The notes beneath the pieces were generated by a model, which ran no database searches, was not told the DNA's origin, and was given only the letters and a program-made list of their open reading frames with translations. A stretch of DNA of 63,973 nucleotides, counting the filler, from Chiloscyllium plagiosum (Eukaryota), in NCBI RefSeq assembly GCF_004010195.1. It is 3 parts of one record of this genome, joined end to end, with 100 filler letters (N's around TTAATTAATTAA, not from the genome) between each part and the next. Parts side by side here need not be neighbours in the genome. Positions count along the whole stretch, not along the records: positions 60,810 to 63,973 come from NC_057714.1; 2 more parts are not named here. One strand, written 5' to 3'. How positions within the stretch are numbered: the stretch's first letter is position 1; each line of letters starts with the position of its first letter. Of the stretch, positions 60,810 to 63,973 are shown one piece after another. A program made the translations under genes and the position numbers.

Positions 60810-63539
60810 GATGCCTTTTGGGCTTGTCCCTTGGCTGAGGAAAGTAGGAATTTGTTCGCCTTTGAATGGGAAGACCCTAAGACAGGACGGAAACAGCAAT
60901 ACCGGTAGACTGTGCTCCCCCAGGGATTTACGGAATCCTTGAATTTATTTGGACCGATGTTAGAACAAATATTGGAGAAATTTAGCAGCCCCAAGGGGAC
61001 TACCCTGTTGCAGTATGTAGACGACCTCTTAGTAACAGGAAAAAGAAGAGAAAGAGTAGTAGAAGCTACTAACAAATTATTGAATTTCCTGGGCCAGCAA
61101 GGACTGCGAGTATCTAAAAACAAACTACAATATGTGGAGCAAGAAGTGAAATACTTGGGACATTTAGTTAGTGAGGGAAAGCGAAAGATAAGCCCGGAAC
61201 GGATAGAGGGAATAGTGGGGATGCCACTGCCCAGCACTAAACGGGAGTTACGCAAATTTTTGGGTCTAACAGGATATTGCAGATTGTGGATTGATTCCTA
61301 TGTTCAGAAGACTAAGAAATTATATCTCAAACAATTAGAGGGGGAACCAAAATGTCTAAGTTGGGATGATGAGGAAAAAGAACTAGTTGAGAAACTCAAA
61401 AGAAATCTGATCCATGCCCCCGTGTGAGCCTTACCTTTCTCTTACCTTTCCACCTCTTTGCTACTGTAGATAAGGGAGCAGCTTTGGGAGTATTGACCCA
61501 GAGGTGGGGAGGAATGAGACAGCCAGTAGCATATCTTTCGAAGCTATTGGATCCAGTATCCCGGGAGTGGCCTGAGTGTGTGCAGGCTGTGGCTGCCACT
61601 GCACTGTTGGTGGAGGAAAGCAGAAAGCTTACATTTGGGGGAGCCCTAATAGTAAGCACCCCACACCAAGTGAGAACGATCCTAAACCAAAAAGCTGGGC
61701 GATGGTTGACAGACTCACGGATTCTGAAATATGAGGCGATATTAATAGAAAAGGATGATTTAGTGTTGGTCATGGACAATTGTTTAAATCCAGCTGCCTT
61801 TCTTTGGAAAGGGGAAGGAGACTCTCCTCAGAATCCTTGACATTATAGAATACCAAACTAAGGTCCGCATGGACCTGAGAGATGTTCCACGTCATGCAGG
61901 GGATAGACCTTTTATAGACGGATCATCCCGGGTAACTGAAGGGAAAAGACATAATGGGTATGCAGTCGTAGATGGGACAAAAGGTAGTGTGGTGGAGGCA
62001 GGAAGGTTGCCAAATGGGTGGTCAGCTCAGACCTGCGAACTCTATGCATTGGAGAGAGCCCTTAGGACATTAGAAAATAAAGAGGGAACAGTATACACTG
62101 ACTCTAAATATGCATTTGGTGTTGTGCACACTTTCGGAAAGATATGACAGGAAAGAGGACTGATCAATAGCCGGGGGAAGGAATTAGCACATGGGGAGTT
62201 GATTAAACGGGTCTTGGAATCCCTATTACTCCCCCGAGAAATAGCAGTAGTGCATGTAAATGGTCATCAGAAAGGAAATGAACCAGAAGTTAGGAGGAAT
62301 AGATTAGCCGATGAAGTGGCTAAGGAAGCCGCCCTGAACCCACAAGAAGTTGTGATTCATTCCCTAATACCTACTGTCCCAGGTCCTAGGGAAGCTCCTA
62401 TATTTACTGAAAGCGAAGAAAAAGAATTGAGAGATTTAGGGGCTTCAAAAACAGCAGACGCGCATTGGAGGTTACCAGATGGAAGAGAAATGTTAAACAA
62501 AATGATGATGCAAGAAATTATGGCTGTCCTACACCAAGGCAGCCACTGGGGAGTACAAGCAATGTGTGATTTAGTTCTTAGGGAATATGGATGTAAAGGA
62601 ATATATACAATTGCTAAACAAATATGTGAGGGATGTATGCAGAAAGGTAAATAAGAAAGTCTTGAGAAAACAGACCCCGGGAGGAAGAGACCCGGGATTG
62701 AGACCTTTCCAGAGTATACAAGTAGATTATACTGAACTACCCAGAGTAGGAAGACTAAAATATATGTTGGTCATAGTAGATCATCTATCTGGTTGGGTTG
62801 AGGCATACCCCTAGCTACTGCCACTGCGAGTGGGGTGTCTAAAACAATATTGGAGCACATAATTCCCCGATATGGGCTCGTGAACTGTATAGATTCCGAC
62901 CATTTTACCTCTAAAGTGTTACAGGGGGTAATGAAAGGGTTGGGAATTTCCTGGGAGTTCCATACTCCATGGCATCCGCCATCATCGGGAAGGGTTGAGA
63001 GAATGAACCAAACACTCAAACGACAGCTGTCTAAATTGATAATAGAAACCAGACTCCCTTGGACCAAATGTTTACTTATAGCTCTCTTGCGAGTACGAAC
63101 AGCCCCAAGGAAAGACTTGGGACTATTCCCCTATGAAATCTTATTTGGATTACCTTACTTGGGAACGAATGGAGAATTGCCAATTCCCGAAACTAAAGAT
63201 TTGTTTTTAAAGAAGTATATACTGGGCTTGTCCTCCTCTTTGTCTTTCCTCAGGAAACAGGGTTTATTGGCATAGACTCCACCCCTTGAATTCATCGTTC
63301 ATCCCATCCAGCCGGGCGATTGGAACTTAGTAAAATCATGGATAGAGACTAAATTGCAGCCGGACTGGGAAGGGCCGTACCAGGCTCTTTTGACTACCGA
63401 AACGGCAATAAGGTGGGCGGAAAAAGGCTGGACTCATTACACTCGGATCAAAGGGCCAGTGGACCCTCCAGTTGAGGAAGAAGTCTGGACAGCCGAATCA
63501 ACGCAAGACCCGCTGAAACTCAGACTAAAGAGACTTTGA
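60810..63539 (+). pseudogene. pol: Class I (gamma/epsilon-like) endogenous retrovirus pol: RT, tether, RNase H and integrase, with stops and frameshifts
   Basis: DAFWACPL, LPQGF, LLQYVDDLL, FLGLTGYCRLWI; RNase H FIDGSS, SAQTCEL, YTDSKY, HVNGH; integrase H...HWG, QVDYTEL, DSD, SSGRVERMNQTL, WEGPY; stop at 63539. Confidence 0.96.
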
Positions 63540-63617
63540 GTAACTGACTATACAGTGTCGACGCGAGCGCGGTATTATTTCTGTAAGATTGTATATTAAG
63601 TCTTTTTGTGCTTCAGC

Positions 63618-63973
63618 ATGATGTTTAGAATACTGGGAACGCTTACAGTTATGAAGCTAGCCCTCTTAGTATTGGGATTTTGCCAAATATCATTTTCATA
63701 TGTATTATTAACAGTTCCTGAGTCTGATAATCCACAAGTAATAGACGCTGATGCATGCAGTTTAGTAAATTGTGGGGATGTAGATAATCAGAGACAGTAC
63801 CGCAGCTCACAGATACATCTTAAGTCCTATGGGGATGGCCTCGGGAATGGTACTTGGTATAATGGCCTTGTCACAGTACACCGGGCCCCCTTCCGACCAG
63901 CTCACGATTGTCCCGATAAAAAGTGTAACCCAATATACCTAACAATAAGGAAAACCACATGGCACAAACAATT
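63618..63973 (+). CDS. env: ERV envelope glycoprotein 5' end (signal peptide and SU start), open to the window edge
   Basis: My translation: MMFRILGTLTVMKLALLVLGFCQISFSYVLL...IDADACSLVNCG...NGT...CPDKKCNPIYLTI, 118 codons without a stop; hydrophobic leader, N-glycosylation sequon and gamma-type CNP motif; directly after pol and a pyrimidine-rich acceptor. Confidence 0.8.
   Translation, partial: MMFRILGTLTVMKLALLVLGFCQISFSYVLLTVPESDNPQVIDADACSLVNCGDVDNQRQYRSSQIHLKSYGDGLGNGTWYNGLVTVHRAPFRPAHDCPDKKCNPIYLTIRKTTWHKQ

Noticed and set aside
60907..62148. Two apparent TGG to TAG/TGA stops in ERV pol suggesting deaminase hypermutation
   Set aside because: Only two events, most Trp codons are intact, and no consensus is available for comparison.

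Overview
This is repeat-dense vertebrate genomic DNA, almost certainly from a cartilaginous fish (shark), judged by many HE1-type V-SINEs, HER1/CR1 LINEs and a Deu-domain SINE. I could not identify an intact host protein-coding gene. Nearly all ORFs in the track are LINE/SINE fragments, minisatellite read-through or N-gap artefacts. The window holds nested CR1 LINE fragments, Rex1/Babar-like 3' ends, several SINE families, two lineages of Penelope-like elements (PLEs), a decayed PIF/Harbinger transposase and two minisatellites. At the right end lies a lightly decayed class I endogenous retrovirus (pol plus an open env 5' end). Two 100-bp N44-TTAATTAATTAA-N44 spacers are artificial joins, so the window probably comprises three separate contigs. 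The main observations are: (1) a dispersed set of short PLE-terminal-repeat insertions, often hairpin-shaped and TSD-flanked, carrying minimal hammerhead-ribozyme motifs, including four insertions in 900 bp; (2) a cluster of five RFX X-box-like motifs in a repeat-poor island near 50.2-50.5 kb; (3) the ERV, whose Pol motifs resemble bird/reptile class I ERVs as I recall them; (4) several local templated duplications and inversions. Family names come from motif recognition, not database searches, and boundaries of decayed elements are approximate.
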